Origin: an uncultured SAR86 cluster bacterium
Lineage (GTDB): Bacteria > Pseudomonadota > Gammaproteobacteria > Magnimaribacterales > D2472
NCBI GenBank assembly: GCA_963926355.1
Contig: CAWUWW010000006.1
Span: forward strand, 38,872 to 102,871
DNA: 64,000 nt
Direction: 5' to 3'
Below, piece after piece: positions 27,174 to 40,576 of the stretch. Made by a program: the position numbers and the translations under genes. The notes under the pieces are model-generated. The model ran no database searches. It saw only the letters and a list, made by a program, of their open reading frames with translations, and was not told the origin of the DNA. How positions within the stretch are numbered: position 1 is the stretch's first letter; the number at the start of each line of letters is the position of its first letter.

Positions 27174-30041
27174 ATGTTTAACCTTCAAGATCAAAAATAT
27201 ATTCCCCTTTTAGACCTTAATGCTCAAATATACAATGAATCAGAATTCAATTGTAAGCATGTGCATTTAGACTCCTCAAGTGAGGAAAAGGTATTCATGG
27301 TTGCCTTTAGAACTATTCCAGAAAATTCATCTGGGGTTGCTCATATTCTTGAACATACAGCGCTATGTGGATCAAAGAAATACCCTGTAAGAGATCCGTT
27401 TTTCATGATGATTAGAAGATCCTTAAATACTTTTATGAACGCCTTTACATCAAGTGATTGGACTGCTTATCCATTTGCAACACTAAATGATAAAGATTTT
27501 AAAAATCTTCTTGGCGTATATCTTGATTCATCATTTTTTCCTAATTTAGATAACCTCGATTTTGCTCAGGAAGGACATAGGCTTGAGTTTTCAGAAAAAG
27601 ATAATCCAGAAAGTGAAATTGAAATCAAAGGGGTTGTTTACAATGAGATGAAGGGGGCTATGAGCTCAGTTTCCAGTCAGTTATGGCATGGCATGTCAAA
27701 ACACCTATACTCATCTTCAACCTATACACATAACAGCGGTGGAAACCCTGAAGACATTATTGATCTTACGCATGAGGACTTGGTTAGTTTTCATAAAAAA
27801 CATTACCATCCATCTAATGCAACATTTTTTACTTTTGGTAAAATTGATCCTAAGGAGATTCAGCAATATATAAAAGAAAATGTTCTAAAAAACTTTACGC
27901 CTTCTAAAGAAAAGATTGCAGTAGAGAATGAGGTAAGAATGTCCTCTCCAAAAACTGTTTCTGATTTTTACAACCCTCAGCCGGGAGATGAAAATAATCA
28001 TCATGTAGTTATCAGCTGGCTATTAAATGAAAGTCACAACCCTTTAGAGCTCTTAGAGTCATATTTGATGTCTAATATTCTTTTAGATAACTCAGCATCT
28101 CCGTTAAGAAAAGCGCTAGAGAATTCTGATTTAGGTAAATCCCTATCTCCTCTTACGGGCCTAGAAGCTGATCAGAAGGAGCTAGTTTTTGCAGCTGGCC
28201 TAGAAGGTGTTGATGTAAATAAACAAAAGGAAGTAGAAGATTTGGTTTTAAATTGTTTAAAAGAACTTGTTAAAGATGGAATACCTCAAGATCTTATAGA
28301 ATCCTCTCTTCATCAACTTGAAATTAGGCAAAGAGAAATTACTGGATCTGGAATGCCATTTGGACTTCAGATTATGCTTAGCTGCCTTCCAGCATGCATT
28401 CATAATGATGATCCACTAAATATTTTAGATCTAGATTCTGCTTTTTCAAGTATAAAAAATAATCTTAAATCTAATAGATATATTGAGAGACTCATTGAAA
28501 AACATCTAATTAATAATAATCACAGATTAAATTATTCTTTAATTCCAGACACTGAGCATAATAAAAAAAATGAAGAGATAATTCAGCAAAAAGTTCTAAA
28601 TAAAACTCAAAATCTAAGTGATGATGATAAAGAAAAAATGATCGAACTTGCAGCTGCTCTTGAAGCCAGGCAAGAGCAAGATGACGATCCTGAAGTACTC
28701 CCAAAGGTAACTAAGGATGATATTCCAAAGAATAGGAGTTACGCTCATCCATTAATAAATAATAGTAATAATCACTCAAATTATTTTTACAAGACTGGGA
28801 CAAACGGAATTGTCTACCACTCAATGCTATTCCCTTGTAATTCTTTAAATATTGAAGAGCTTAAAATTGCCAATCTATTTACCAGCACTCTTACTGACAT
28901 TGGGCTTGGGTCAGAAGATTATGAATTAATTCAAAAGCAGCAATCTTCAGTAACTGGTGGTATTTCAGCCTCTTTTGTAATGATGCCAGGAACTAGTGAT
29001 GATAATCATAAATTAGCTCTTAAGATTAGTGGTAAGAGTCTAGAAAAAAATGATCTCTTAATGCAAGACCTTATGCTTAAGACCATCCATGAATCAAACT
29101 TTAGTGAAGCACAAAGAATAAAAGAACTTCTAGATTTCATATCCTCTGATAACGAGCAGTCATTAACGCAGAATGGCCATGCCTTATCAATGGGCAATGC
29201 AGCGGCACAAATTAATACAATTGCATCAACTAACGATCTAACTTCAGGTTTAAATTTTATAACTAATACAAATCTACTATCCAGAGAGATTTCAAATAAT
29301 GGTAATTTAGACCTTTATATAGATCATCTTAGGTCTATTAAATCTAAAATATCAGATCATCCAAGTCACTCATTTTTAGCCTCTTCTGTTAATTTAAATG
29401 AGTTAAATCTTAATTGTGATCTAAAATCAGATATACCAAATATCTCGATCCAAGAACTTGCAGATGTACAAAGTGAATCTTATGGATGGATAACTGGATC
29501 TCAGGTAAGTTTCTGTGCTGAAGCTTTCCCATCTGTGGACTCAAGACATGAAGATGCTCCAGCGTTGACTATTCTTGGAGCTGTTTTACGAAACGGATAC
29601 CTTCACTCAGCCATAAGAGAAAAAGGTGGAGCATACGGATCTGGAGCGTCTCAAGATTCCCATAATAAAGTTTTTAAATTCTTTTCATACAGGGACCCGA
29701 AATGTACAGATACATTTGAAGAGTTTGATAATTCAAGAAAATGGTCTTTAGAAAATATTACTTCTGAACAATTAGATGAAGGTATATTGGGAGTAATATC
29801 ATCCATTGATAAACCATTATCCCCATATGGCGAAGCTATAAGCGACTTTATAAATGAGCTCGATAATAAGTCGCAAGAGGATAGGCTATTGTTTAGATCT
29901 AGGATAAAAGATTGTACTTTAGATGATTTAGTAAAAGTTTCTAAAAAATACTTATTTGGCAATTCTAAAAAATCTGTTTTAGCGGGAGAAAGCTTTAAAG
30001 AAGAAATAAGTAAGTTAGGGTTTGATATAAAAAATATCTAA
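27174..30041 (+). CDS. M16C family (PreP / presequence-protease-like) zinc metallopeptidase
   Basis: 955 aa. Inverted zinc motif HILEHTALCGSKKYPVRDPFF resembles PreP HILEHSVLCGSRKYP. A size near 1000 aa is typical of M16C. Confidence 0.85.
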   Translation: MFNLQDQKYIPLLDLNAQIYNESEFNCKHVHLDSSSEEKVFMVAFRTIPENSSGVAHILEHTALCGSKKYPVRDPFFMMIRRSLNTFMNAFTSSDWTAYPFATLNDKDFKNLLGVYLDSSFFPNLDNLDFAQEGHRLEFSEKDNPESEIEIKGVVYNEMKGAMSSVSSQLWHGMSKHLYSSSTYTHNSGGNPEDIIDLTHEDLVSFHKKHYHPSNATFFTFGKIDPKEIQQYIKENVLKNFTPSKEKIAVENEVRMSSPKTVSDFYNPQPGDENNHHVVISWLLNESHNPLELLESYLMSNILLDNSASPLRKALENSDLGKSLSPLTGLEADQKELVFAAGLEGVDVNKQKEVEDLVLNCLKELVKDGIPQDLIESSLHQLEIRQREITGSGMPFGLQIMLSCLPACIHNDDPLNILDLDSAFSSIKNNLKSNRYIERLIEKHLINNNHRLNYSLIPDTEHNKKNEEIIQQKVLNKTQNLSDDDKEKMIELAAALEARQEQDDDPEVLPKVTKDDIPKNRSYAHPLINNSNNHSNYFYKTGTNGIVYHSMLFPCNSLNIEELKIANLFTSTLTDIGLGSEDYELIQKQQSSVTGGISASFVMMPGTSDDNHKLALKISGKSLEKNDLLMQDLMLKTIHESNFSEAQRIKELLDFISSDNEQSLTQNGHALSMGNAAAQINTIASTNDLTSGLNFITNTNLLSREISNNGNLDLYIDHLRSIKSKISDHPSHSFLASSVNLNELNLNCDLKSDIPNISIQELADVQSESYGWITGSQVSFCAEAFPSVDSRHEDAPALTILGAVLRNGYLHSAIREKGGAYGSGASQDSHNKVFKFFSYRDPKCTDTFEEFDNSRKWSLENITSEQLDEGILGVISSIDKPLSPYGEAISDFINELDNKSQEDRLLFRSRIKDCTLDDLVKVSKKYLFGNSKKSVLAGESFKEEISKLGFDIKNI

Positions 30042-33418
<3,377 letters not shown>

Positions 33419-36406
33419 TTATGTTTCTGCAAATTCTAGTGCTTGATTTACATCAACAGATACCATTCTAGAAACACCAGCTTCTTGCATAGTAACTCCC
33501 ATCAAGTGGTCACTTTTTTCCATTGAAACCTTGTTGTGGGTTATAAAAATAAATTGGACTGTTTTTGACATTTCTTCAACCATGTTTATAAATCTCATTG
33601 TATTTAGATCATCTAAAGGTGCATCAACCTCATCTAACATACAAAAAGGTGCTGGATTAAGTTCAAATATTGAAAACACTAGGGCAAGAGCAGTTAAGGC
33701 CTTTTCACCGCCTGACAATTGAGAGATGGATGAATTCTTTTTACCAGGAGGTCTAGCCATTAGAATAACACCTGCGTTTAAAGCGTCATCATCTGTTAAA
33801 GTTAGTTCTGCAAAGCCTCCACCAAATAATTTTGGAAAAACTTCCTTAATTCTAACGTTAACAGCATCAAAACTTTCCTTAAATCTTGATTTTGTCTCAT
33901 TATCTATAGTTTTTATAGCGCCTGAGAGCTTGTCTAATGCCTCAGTTAAGTCATCGTACTGAATATCAAGCTCTTCTTTACGTTTAGACTCCTGGGCTAT
34001 CTCCTCAGGAGCTGCGAGGTTAATAGCTCCTAACCTGATAATACTAGCTTGAATATCTGAAAGCTTATCTTGTAAATCCTTAATATTCATGCCTTCATAT
34101 TCTGAATAATTAATATCCTGAACTTCTAGACCGGATTCTTTAATTTTTACATTAGCATTTTCTAAATTTATCTCATATGTCTTTAACTCTAATCTAGTAT
34201 CAGTAACCTTCTCTGTAATGGTCTTTAAATCTAGCTCTGCAATTGATTTTTTATTTTCTAAATCTCTCAAGCTTTCATTGAACTTAGATTGCTTTTGACG
34301 TATCTCAGTAAGAATTGATTCAGCTGAAGAGCTTTTTTGAAGCAAGTCTGTCATGGTCGTTTCAATATCTTTTTTTCTAGTTCCTGTTTCTGAAATAACC
34401 TTAATAAGATCATTTTGCCTAGTAAGGTACTCTTCTGGTGCTGCCAAATTAACTGAGCCTAGAGCGGTAATATTTCTCTGAACTTCACTCAAGGAAATTT
34501 CAAGATTTTCTAAATTTAAATCTTTAAATTCATTTGGGTTTATATCGGAGATCTTAATATCTGCCTTGCTTAGAACATCAGATGCATTTTGTAAGTTAAC
34601 CTCATATGTTCTTAAGTCTAGTTTTAAGTTATTTACCTCTCTATCTAAATCCCTAAGTTCGTTAGAAGCAATAGAGCTCTTACTTTCAAGACCTCTAACA
34701 TGATCATCAATCTCTAGCTTTAATTGCTTAATTGAATTTAATTCACCCTCTGAATTATTTTTTCTTAAATTCAGTTCTAATAACTCTTTTTCGGCAATTT
34801 CTCTCTTCTGTATAGTTATCTTAATGAGATCAGATAAATCATTTTGTCTTGTTAAGTACTCATTAGTTAGACTTTTTGATTGAGCTGATGCAAGTTGAAA
34901 AATATTTTTTAATGAGTCTTTAAGTTCAGCTGTCTTAGATGAAATGCTATCGTTTTTTAGATTAAGACTTTTTACTGCATCAATGATCGTATCTAATAAA
35001 TGCAGTGCTTTTTCTTTTGGGCTTAAATGCTCAAGATTGGATTCTCTTTCTTCAGCTTTCTTGAAGCTTTCTTTAGCTTTTTCAAGGTCTATCTTCCCTT
35101 GGGCCTCTACTCTATTTAGATTGGCTATACTTTCTTCAAGTCTAGCGGTATTTGCCCCTATAGAAAAGCTATCTTTTTGAGCGGAATCTGATTTAGAGGC
35201 GATTGATAGCTGTCGCTCTTTAACCTCATTTTTCTTTTCTTGATGTGAGTTAACCTCTGATTGTTTTAAAGAGATTTGAATTTCCAGCGGCCTTACCTTA
35301 GCCTCAAGAGTATTCTTCTTATCCATGGCCTCAAGAGCTTTAATAATTGATATATTAAGTTTTAATTCTTTTTCTTTTGGGCTCAAGTCTTTAAAAGCTG
35401 ACTCTTTTTCTATTGCCTTTTTGTAACTCTCCTTGGCCCTTTCCAAGCCCTGCTTACTTTCAGACTCTGTCCTTGTTAAATTTTGAAGATTTGTTTCATA
35501 TCTAGCAATCTCTGCACCAATTGAGTAAAAATTCTTTTGTGCATTTTCATAAGCATCTACAACTGATTCGTTTTGAGTTCTAAATTCATCAATCTGTGAT
35601 TGCTTTGTTTGAGCTTCAGCTTCTCTAATCTTAAAATCTCTATTCAAGGCATCAAGATTTTTTTGCAACCTATCTCTACTATTCTTAGCTTCTAATGAAA
35701 ATAATACTGCTGTATTGAGTTGGTTTTTAGATTCATCATTTTTTAAAGCATTATACTTATCTGCTGCATTAGCCTGATTCTCAAGCCTTCTAATAAGCCT
35801 AGCAATTTCATCTCTAATATCCTTAACTCTAGATAGATTTTCTTTTGTCTTTTTAATTCTGCTTTCTGTTTCTCTTCTTCTCTCCCTGTACTTAGAAACT
35901 CCAGCAGCTTCCTCTATATGAGTTCTTAATTCCTCAGGCTTTGCACTAACAAGCCTGCTAACCATTCCTTGTTCTATAATTGCATAAGAGCTTGGCCCTA
36001 AACCAGTACCAAGAAATATATCCTGAACATCTTTTAATCTGCATTTTGTATTATTTATAAAATAATCAGACAAAGCATCTCTAGTCATAACTCTTTTAAT
36101 TGATATTTCGTTAAAAGAAGCGTACTCACCTCCGATCTTTCCACTTGAATTATCAAATAACAATTCAATACTGCATTGACCGGAAGCTTTTCTATTCTCA
36201 GAACCGTTAAAAATAACATCAACCATAGATTCGCCTCTAAGGTTTTTTGCTGATCGTTCGCCTAGCACCCATCTAACTGCATCAATTACGTTTGATTTTC
36301 CACACCCATTTGGTCCAACAACGCCAACAAGGTTAGTTGGAAAGGAAATTTTCGTTGAATCTACGAAACTTTTAAAACCGGCTAGTTTTATGTGCTTAAG
36401 TTGCAT
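33419..36406 (-). CDS. smc: SMC-family chromosome segregation ATPase (no recognisable hinge; see findings)
   Basis: FKSF, Walker A GPNGCGKSN, signature LSGGEKALTALAL, Walker B FCMLDEVDAPLD, D-loop region. 995 aa. Locus context smc-zipA-ligA. Confidence 0.85.
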   Translation of the reverse strand: MQLKHIKLAGFKSFVDSTKISFPTNLVGVVGPNGCGKSNVIDAVRWVLGERSAKNLRGESMVDVIFNGSENRKASGQCSIELLFDNSSGKIGGEYASFNEISIKRVMTRDALSDYFINNTKCRLKDVQDIFLGTGLGPSSYAIIEQGMVSRLVSAKPEELRTHIEEAAGVSKYRERRRETESRIKKTKENLSRVKDIRDEIARLIRRLENQANAADKYNALKNDESKNQLNTAVLFSLEAKNSRDRLQKNLDALNRDFKIREAEAQTKQSQIDEFRTQNESVVDAYENAQKNFYSIGAEIARYETNLQNLTRTESESKQGLERAKESYKKAIEKESAFKDLSPKEKELKLNISIIKALEAMDKKNTLEAKVRPLEIQISLKQSEVNSHQEKKNEVKERQLSIASKSDSAQKDSFSIGANTARLEESIANLNRVEAQGKIDLEKAKESFKKAEERESNLEHLSPKEKALHLLDTIIDAVKSLNLKNDSISSKTAELKDSLKNIFQLASAQSKSLTNEYLTRQNDLSDLIKITIQKREIAEKELLELNLRKNNSEGELNSIKQLKLEIDDHVRGLESKSSIASNELRDLDREVNNLKLDLRTYEVNLQNASDVLSKADIKISDINPNEFKDLNLENLEISLSEVQRNITALGSVNLAAPEEYLTRQNDLIKVISETGTRKKDIETTMTDLLQKSSSAESILTEIRQKQSKFNESLRDLENKKSIAELDLKTITEKVTDTRLELKTYEINLENANVKIKESGLEVQDINYSEYEGMNIKDLQDKLSDIQASIIRLGAINLAAPEEIAQESKRKEELDIQYDDLTEALDKLSGAIKTIDNETKSRFKESFDAVNVRIKEVFPKLFGGGFAELTLTDDDALNAGVILMARPPGKKNSSISQLSGGEKALTALALVFSIFELNPAPFCMLDEVDAPLDDLNTMRFINMVEEMSKTVQFIFITHNKVSMEKSDHLMGVTMQEAGVSRMVSVDVNQALEFAET
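34001..34861 (-). repeat. intragenic tandem duplication B in smc (aa 516-658 vs 659-802, period 143 aa)
   Basis: Both copies begin EYLTRQNDL, contain L(R/K)TYE(V/I)NL(Q/E)NA, and end LG(S/A)(V/I)NLAAPEE. The DNA copies are clearly diverged. Confidence 0.8.
34952..35542 (-). repeat. intragenic tandem duplication A in smc (aa 289-408 vs 409-485+, period 120 aa)
   Basis: AQKNFYSIGAEIARYETNLQNL...LSPKEKELKL aligns with AQKDSFSIGANTARLEESIANL...LSPKEKALHL. 40 of 77 positions are identical in my hand alignment. Confidence 0.8.
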
Positions 36407-36437
36407 TTTGAAGTGTTAATTTTACTTATATATTAAA

Positions 36438-37217
36438 CTATTGTTCCTTTTTTAACCATTCATTTGCTTGAATTTTATAGGTATTTGACGACATATTGCG
36501 GTCAAATAAAATTGAGGTATTTAATGAGAAATTATTTGTAGAATTTTGACACTCAAGGAAGATTTTTATATTAATGGTTTCTTGATTTAAATATGCTGAG
36601 GTAATATCAAATCCTGGTATAGAGGAGTCTTTGTTTGTCAGAACAATAGGCTCAAAAGTTAAAAAATTTACGCTCGCAATTGGTATGTTTGGGCCATTCA
36701 TTATAAAAAGCTCCGCTGTTCCCTTGATTGGTGAGCAAACTAGAGCATTCCCAAACTCTATAATTAAATCTGATTTAGAATATTTTGGAAATTTTGCATC
36801 TCTCAACTCAGTATAAATATTATAAAAAAGAAATTTTTCTTCAGGGCTTTGAAAGTAACTTTCTGAAAACGAGATCAAGCTCTCCGCTGTATTAAATTTT
36901 TTGAGTGAAATGGCATCTTTAATATACGAAGTTACCCATAAAAGGATAAGCTCTTGGTTAATCTGCCCCTCTAATTTAACAAAAGCTTCATTAGTTATAG
37001 CTTTATCTTCAGAAATTAATGCAAGAAATTCACTATTAAGTTGTTGATCTTTAAAGGAGCCTAAAAATGAAAATTTTCCTATAAATGAAAATATACAAAA
37101 TAAAATAATAACTATTGAAAGCCCAAAAATATAGCCTTTATTTTTTGTTCTTTGAGAAAGAAGATATGCAAAAATAGGAAGTAATGCAAAAATTACAAGT
37201 AAATATATGTAAATCAT
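36438..37217 (-). CDS. membrane protein at the CcmI position of the ccm operon (CcmI-like assignment is tentative)
   Basis: Two N-terminal TM segments and a 4-nt overlap with the ccmH stop. I could not recognise TPR repeats. Confidence 0.35.
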   Translation of the reverse strand: MIYIYLLVIFALLPIFAYLLSQRTKNKGYIFGLSIVIILFCIFSFIGKFSFLGSFKDQQLNSEFLALISEDKAITNEAFVKLEGQINQELILLWVTSYIKDAISLKKFNTAESLISFSESYFQSPEEKFLFYNIYTELRDAKFPKYSKSDLIIEFGNALVCSPIKGTAELFIMNGPNIPIASVNFLTFEPIVLTNKDSSIPGFDITSAYLNQETINIKIFLECQNSTNNFSLNTSILFDRNMSSNTYKIQANEWLKKEQ

Positions 37218-37588
37218 ATCTTTCTTCTAAAAAAGAAAGTTGTCAGGGCAAGTAAAAGAATTGATATGGGTGCAATCCATAAAAAATAAGTTCCTTTATC
37301 AAAGCCTGGATCATACAAAACCTCATTACCAAATCTATTTACAATATATTTTTTAATCTCACTGTCAGATTTTCCCTCTTTAATAAGCTCAACAATCTTC
37401 AGTTTTATATCTTCTGATACTGGCGCATTAGAGCTAGCTAATGAACCGCTTGTACACTTAGGACATCTTATTTCTTTAATTAAGTTATAGAATCTTTTCT
37501 CATTCTCAAGGTTCGTAAACTCATACAAGGAATCTGCAAATAGAAAATTACAAGAAAGAAGAATAACTAAGCAAAGTTTCTTAATCAT
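37214..37588 (-). CDS. ccmH: cytochrome c-type biogenesis protein CcmH
   Basis: IRCPKCTSGSLASSNAP matches the LRCPxC...S.A CcmH motif. C-terminal TM segment. Confidence 0.85.
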   Translation of the reverse strand: MIKKLCLVILLSCNFLFADSLYEFTNLENEKRFYNLIKEIRCPKCTSGSLASSNAPVSEDIKLKIVELIKEGKSDSEIKKYIVNRFGNEVLYDPGFDKGTYFLWIAPISILLLALTTFFFRRKI

Positions 37589-38109
37589 TTAAATAGCTCA
37601 TATTTATTAATAACAGGAGTAAAGACATCTTGCCAAATCATAGTATTAACCTCACCCCTGTAATGAACAAGAACCTCACCATTACTCACTAAAAAAGTTT
37701 CAGGAGCACCTGTAACACCCATATCTAAAGCCAATGAACCTTTAAAATCATGAATAATTAATTTATAGGGATCACCAAATTTATTAATCCAATTAATAGC
37801 ATCGTCTCTGTCATCTTTATAATTAATACCCATAATTGGAATATTTTTATTACTCAACTTAACCAAAAAACCATGCTCAACTCTGCAAGTTATACACCAA
37901 CTTGCCCATACGTTAATTAAATAGGTTCCTTGAATGTCTTTATTGGATATAGGAGATTGTGAGTAAAGCTCATTAAGCTCAAATTGAGGAAGATTGTAGT
38001 TCCTATAATCAGCTCCTGGATAGTAATCATCATCATTTATGTATAGATAAAAAAAAGATATCAAAGCAATTGGAAGAATTATTACAAACATTCTTAATAT
38101 AAATTTCAT
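37585..38109 (-). CDS. ccmG: thiol:disulfide interchange protein CcmG/DsbE
   Basis: N-terminal anchor, WASWCITCRVEH thioredoxin CxxC, and a GVTGAPETF motif typical of DsbE. Confidence 0.9.
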   Translation of the reverse strand: MKFILRMFVIILPIALISFFYLYINDDDYYPGADYRNYNLPQFELNELYSQSPISNKDIQGTYLINVWASWCITCRVEHGFLVKLSNKNIPIMGINYKDDRDDAINWINKFGDPYKLIIHDFKGSLALDMGVTGAPETFLVSNGEVLVHYRGEVNTMIWQDVFTPVINKYELFK

Positions 38110-40001
38110 CGCTTAGCCCTATTAATAGAAACTATAAGCATGATTCCTGAAAAACTCATCATGATTGCTGAAAACCAGATCCATCTTATAAAATAATTGA
38201 ATTGAATATTTACAATCCAACTACCATCTTTTAATTGATCGCCAATTGTTATATATATGTCTTTTAATAAGGTGACATAAATATCTGTTTCGGTAGTGAT
38301 CTGACCTCGTGCAAAATACTTTCTCTTTTCAGGCTTCAGATAAAAATTATTTCCCAATGGATCAGTTAAAGTGAATATTGCCTGGACTGAGTCATGATTG
38401 GGATTATTGACTAATTTTAAGTCACTTAATTTAATTTCATAACCTTGATACATGTCAGATTGATTAATATTGATATTAAGTGCTCTTTCTGAACTCAATT
38501 CATTATTTAGAGCAATTGATATCATTAACATTCCTAGGCCCATATGAGCAATAACACTAAAGGGATTTGAGTACTTATTATTTAAAAGATAATCCCAAAT
38601 AACAAAAAGATATCTAATTATTATTAAAGACCCAGCAAAGATGGAAATAAGCTCCCAAGTTCCGGTAATGTTAAAAATTTTATAAGCTGAAAATACTAAA
38701 GATCCACTAATAAGTGCTGATATGGACATTGAGTTTATAAGGCTTCTGATTACAAACTTTCTTTGCCACCTAGCTTCTACTGAAAAGAATAAAAAGATAC
38801 TGGCAAGAACTGTCATAGGAACAAATATGGCGTTATAAAAAGGTGCTCCTACACTAATTTTTTGCTCATAGATTGATTCATAAATTAAGGGATATAAGAT
38901 TCCCAGCATTGTTGAGAAAACCAGTACTCCAAAAAATATATTATTTATTGAGATAAATGACTCTTTAGAAAAAGTTTTGATTGCAGATCCTGAGGTAAGC
39001 ATAGAGAGTCTAGACGAAAATATTGTCATAGATCCAATTATCAATATACCAATGAATGCTAATAGATATAAACCTCTTTCAGGGTCATTAGCAAAAGAAT
39101 GAACGCTATCAATTATTCCAGATCGAACAATAAAAGCTCCAAATAAACTTAAAGAAAAAACAATAATAGAAAGAAGAATTGTCCAAATCCTAAGGGATGA
39201 GGATTTTGAAGAAACGCTAATGGAATGAATAAAAGCTGTAGCTGCTAACCACGGCATTAGGGCAACATTTTCAACTGGATCCCAGAACCAGTAACCTCCC
39301 CAGCCCAATTCATAATATGCCCACCAAGATCCTAATGTAATTCCTATGGTAAGAAAAACCCATGCAGCTATAGACCATGTCCTAACCAAAGCCTCCCATT
39401 TAACAGAAGAGTTACCCTCAATCATGAAAGCAATAGCATGAGCAAAAGCAATAACAAAACCTATATAACCCATATAAAGAAAAGGTGGGTGTATGGCTAA
39501 AGCCGGATCCTGGAGAACTGGATTTATATCTGCTCCATTGGCTGGAGCTATGGGCAAAATAGTCTCAAAGGGGTTTGATGTGAGAAGAAGAAAGAGAAGA
39601 AATCCAACAATAATAATTGATATTATTCCCATGCTTTTTACTTTTAAATCTTGTAAATTATCCGTAACAAAATTAAACAAGGCACCCCAAAGAACTAGAA
39701 ATAATATCCAAAGAAACATAGATCCCTCATGGGCACTCCAAATTGATGTTATTTTATAAAAAATAGGAAGATTAGAATTTGAATGCTGAGCTATATAAAG
39801 TACAGAGAAATTATCTGAAACTGCCAGCCATACATAAATAAGAAATGAGGTGACTAATAGTAAAGAGCTGTGTGTATAAATCTTAGAAACAAGATTTGCT
39901 ATATGCTGGTCTTTAGAATCAAATAAAAATGAGAATGAAAAATTTAAAAAAAACAATCCTGTAGAGAGAATTGTAAGAAATTGAGCTATCTCAACTAACA
40001 T
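38106..40001 (-). CDS. ccmF: cytochrome c heme lyase subunit CcmF
   Basis: 631 aa polytopic. WWD motif WGGYWFWDPVEN. Conserved histidines in flanking TM segments. Confidence 0.93.
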   Translation of the reverse strand: MLVEIAQFLTILSTGLFFLNFSFSFLFDSKDQHIANLVSKIYTHSSLLLVTSFLIYVWLAVSDNFSVLYIAQHSNSNLPIFYKITSIWSAHEGSMFLWILFLVLWGALFNFVTDNLQDLKVKSMGIISIIIVGFLLFLLLTSNPFETILPIAPANGADINPVLQDPALAIHPPFLYMGYIGFVIAFAHAIAFMIEGNSSVKWEALVRTWSIAAWVFLTIGITLGSWWAYYELGWGGYWFWDPVENVALMPWLAATAFIHSISVSSKSSSLRIWTILLSIIVFSLSLFGAFIVRSGIIDSVHSFANDPERGLYLLAFIGILIIGSMTIFSSRLSMLTSGSAIKTFSKESFISINNIFFGVLVFSTMLGILYPLIYESIYEQKISVGAPFYNAIFVPMTVLASIFLFFSVEARWQRKFVIRSLINSMSISALISGSLVFSAYKIFNITGTWELISIFAGSLIIIRYLFVIWDYLLNNKYSNPFSVIAHMGLGMLMISIALNNELSSERALNININQSDMYQGYEIKLSDLKLVNNPNHDSVQAIFTLTDPLGNNFYLKPEKRKYFARGQITTETDIYVTLLKDIYITIGDQLKDGSWIVNIQFNYFIRWIWFSAIMMSFSGIMLIVSINRAKR

Positions 40002-40406
40002 TTATTTTTCTATCTCTATGCCAGGGGGCATATAATTTTCATCATGTTTTGCAAGAATTTGTTCAGCATAAACGATTCCATTCTTAAGATAGCCCAAGGC
40101 TACGACACCGCTACCCTCTTTAAATAAATCAGGAACAGCGCCATTGAAATTAACAACAATAGAATGTTTATAATCCGTTATTTGAAAAGTAATATTTGTC
40201 TTATCCCTAATTACAGAACCCTCCAGAACCATACCTCCAATTTTAATTCTTTTGTTATCTGGGACAGTTTGTTCAATTATCTCAGTGGGTGTAAAGAAAA
40301 AATCTAAATTTGAATCAAGTGCTTTAAAAATAAGAAAGGAACCCAGTCCCGAAAATAGTAAAATTACCAATACAGTTAGAAGTCTTTTTTTTCTTAGTGC
40401 TTTCAT
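40002..40406 (-). CDS. ccmE: cytochrome c maturation heme chaperone CcmE
   Basis: 134 aa. N-terminal anchor, OB-fold, and C-terminal heme-binding His context LAKHDENYMPP. Confidence 0.93.
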   Translation of the reverse strand: MKALRKKRLLTVLVILLFSGLGSFLIFKALDSNLDFFFTPTEIIEQTVPDNKRIKIGGMVLEGSVIRDKTNITFQITDYKHSIVVNFNGAVPDLFKEGSGVVALGYLKNGIVYAEQILAKHDENYMPPGIEIEK

Positions 40407-40576
40407 TTGATTTTTTTAGATAGATTCCCAATCTTAATTCTATAAATAAAAAAAGTTATTATTAAAGTTCCAAAAACTATACCAAAAACACTCCATACAT
40501 ATAATCCATGGTTTTGCCCATTTTGGCTCTCCATTATTATTGCTTCGGAAATAGAGCTAAAAGCAAAATTAAACAT
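40403..40576 (-). CDS. ccmD: heme exporter protein CcmD (57 aa; not in the supplied ORF track)
   Basis: Hand translation gives MFNFAFSSISEAIIMESQNGQNHGLYVWSVFGIVFGTLIITFFIYRIKIGNLSKKIK. YVW followed by a single TM segment is the CcmD hallmark. The ATG overlaps the ccmC stop and the TGA overlaps the ccmE ATG (ATGA). Confidence 0.8.
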   Translation of the reverse strand: MFNFAFSSISEAIIMESQNGQNHGLYVWSVFGIVFGTLIITFFIYRIKIGNLSKKIK

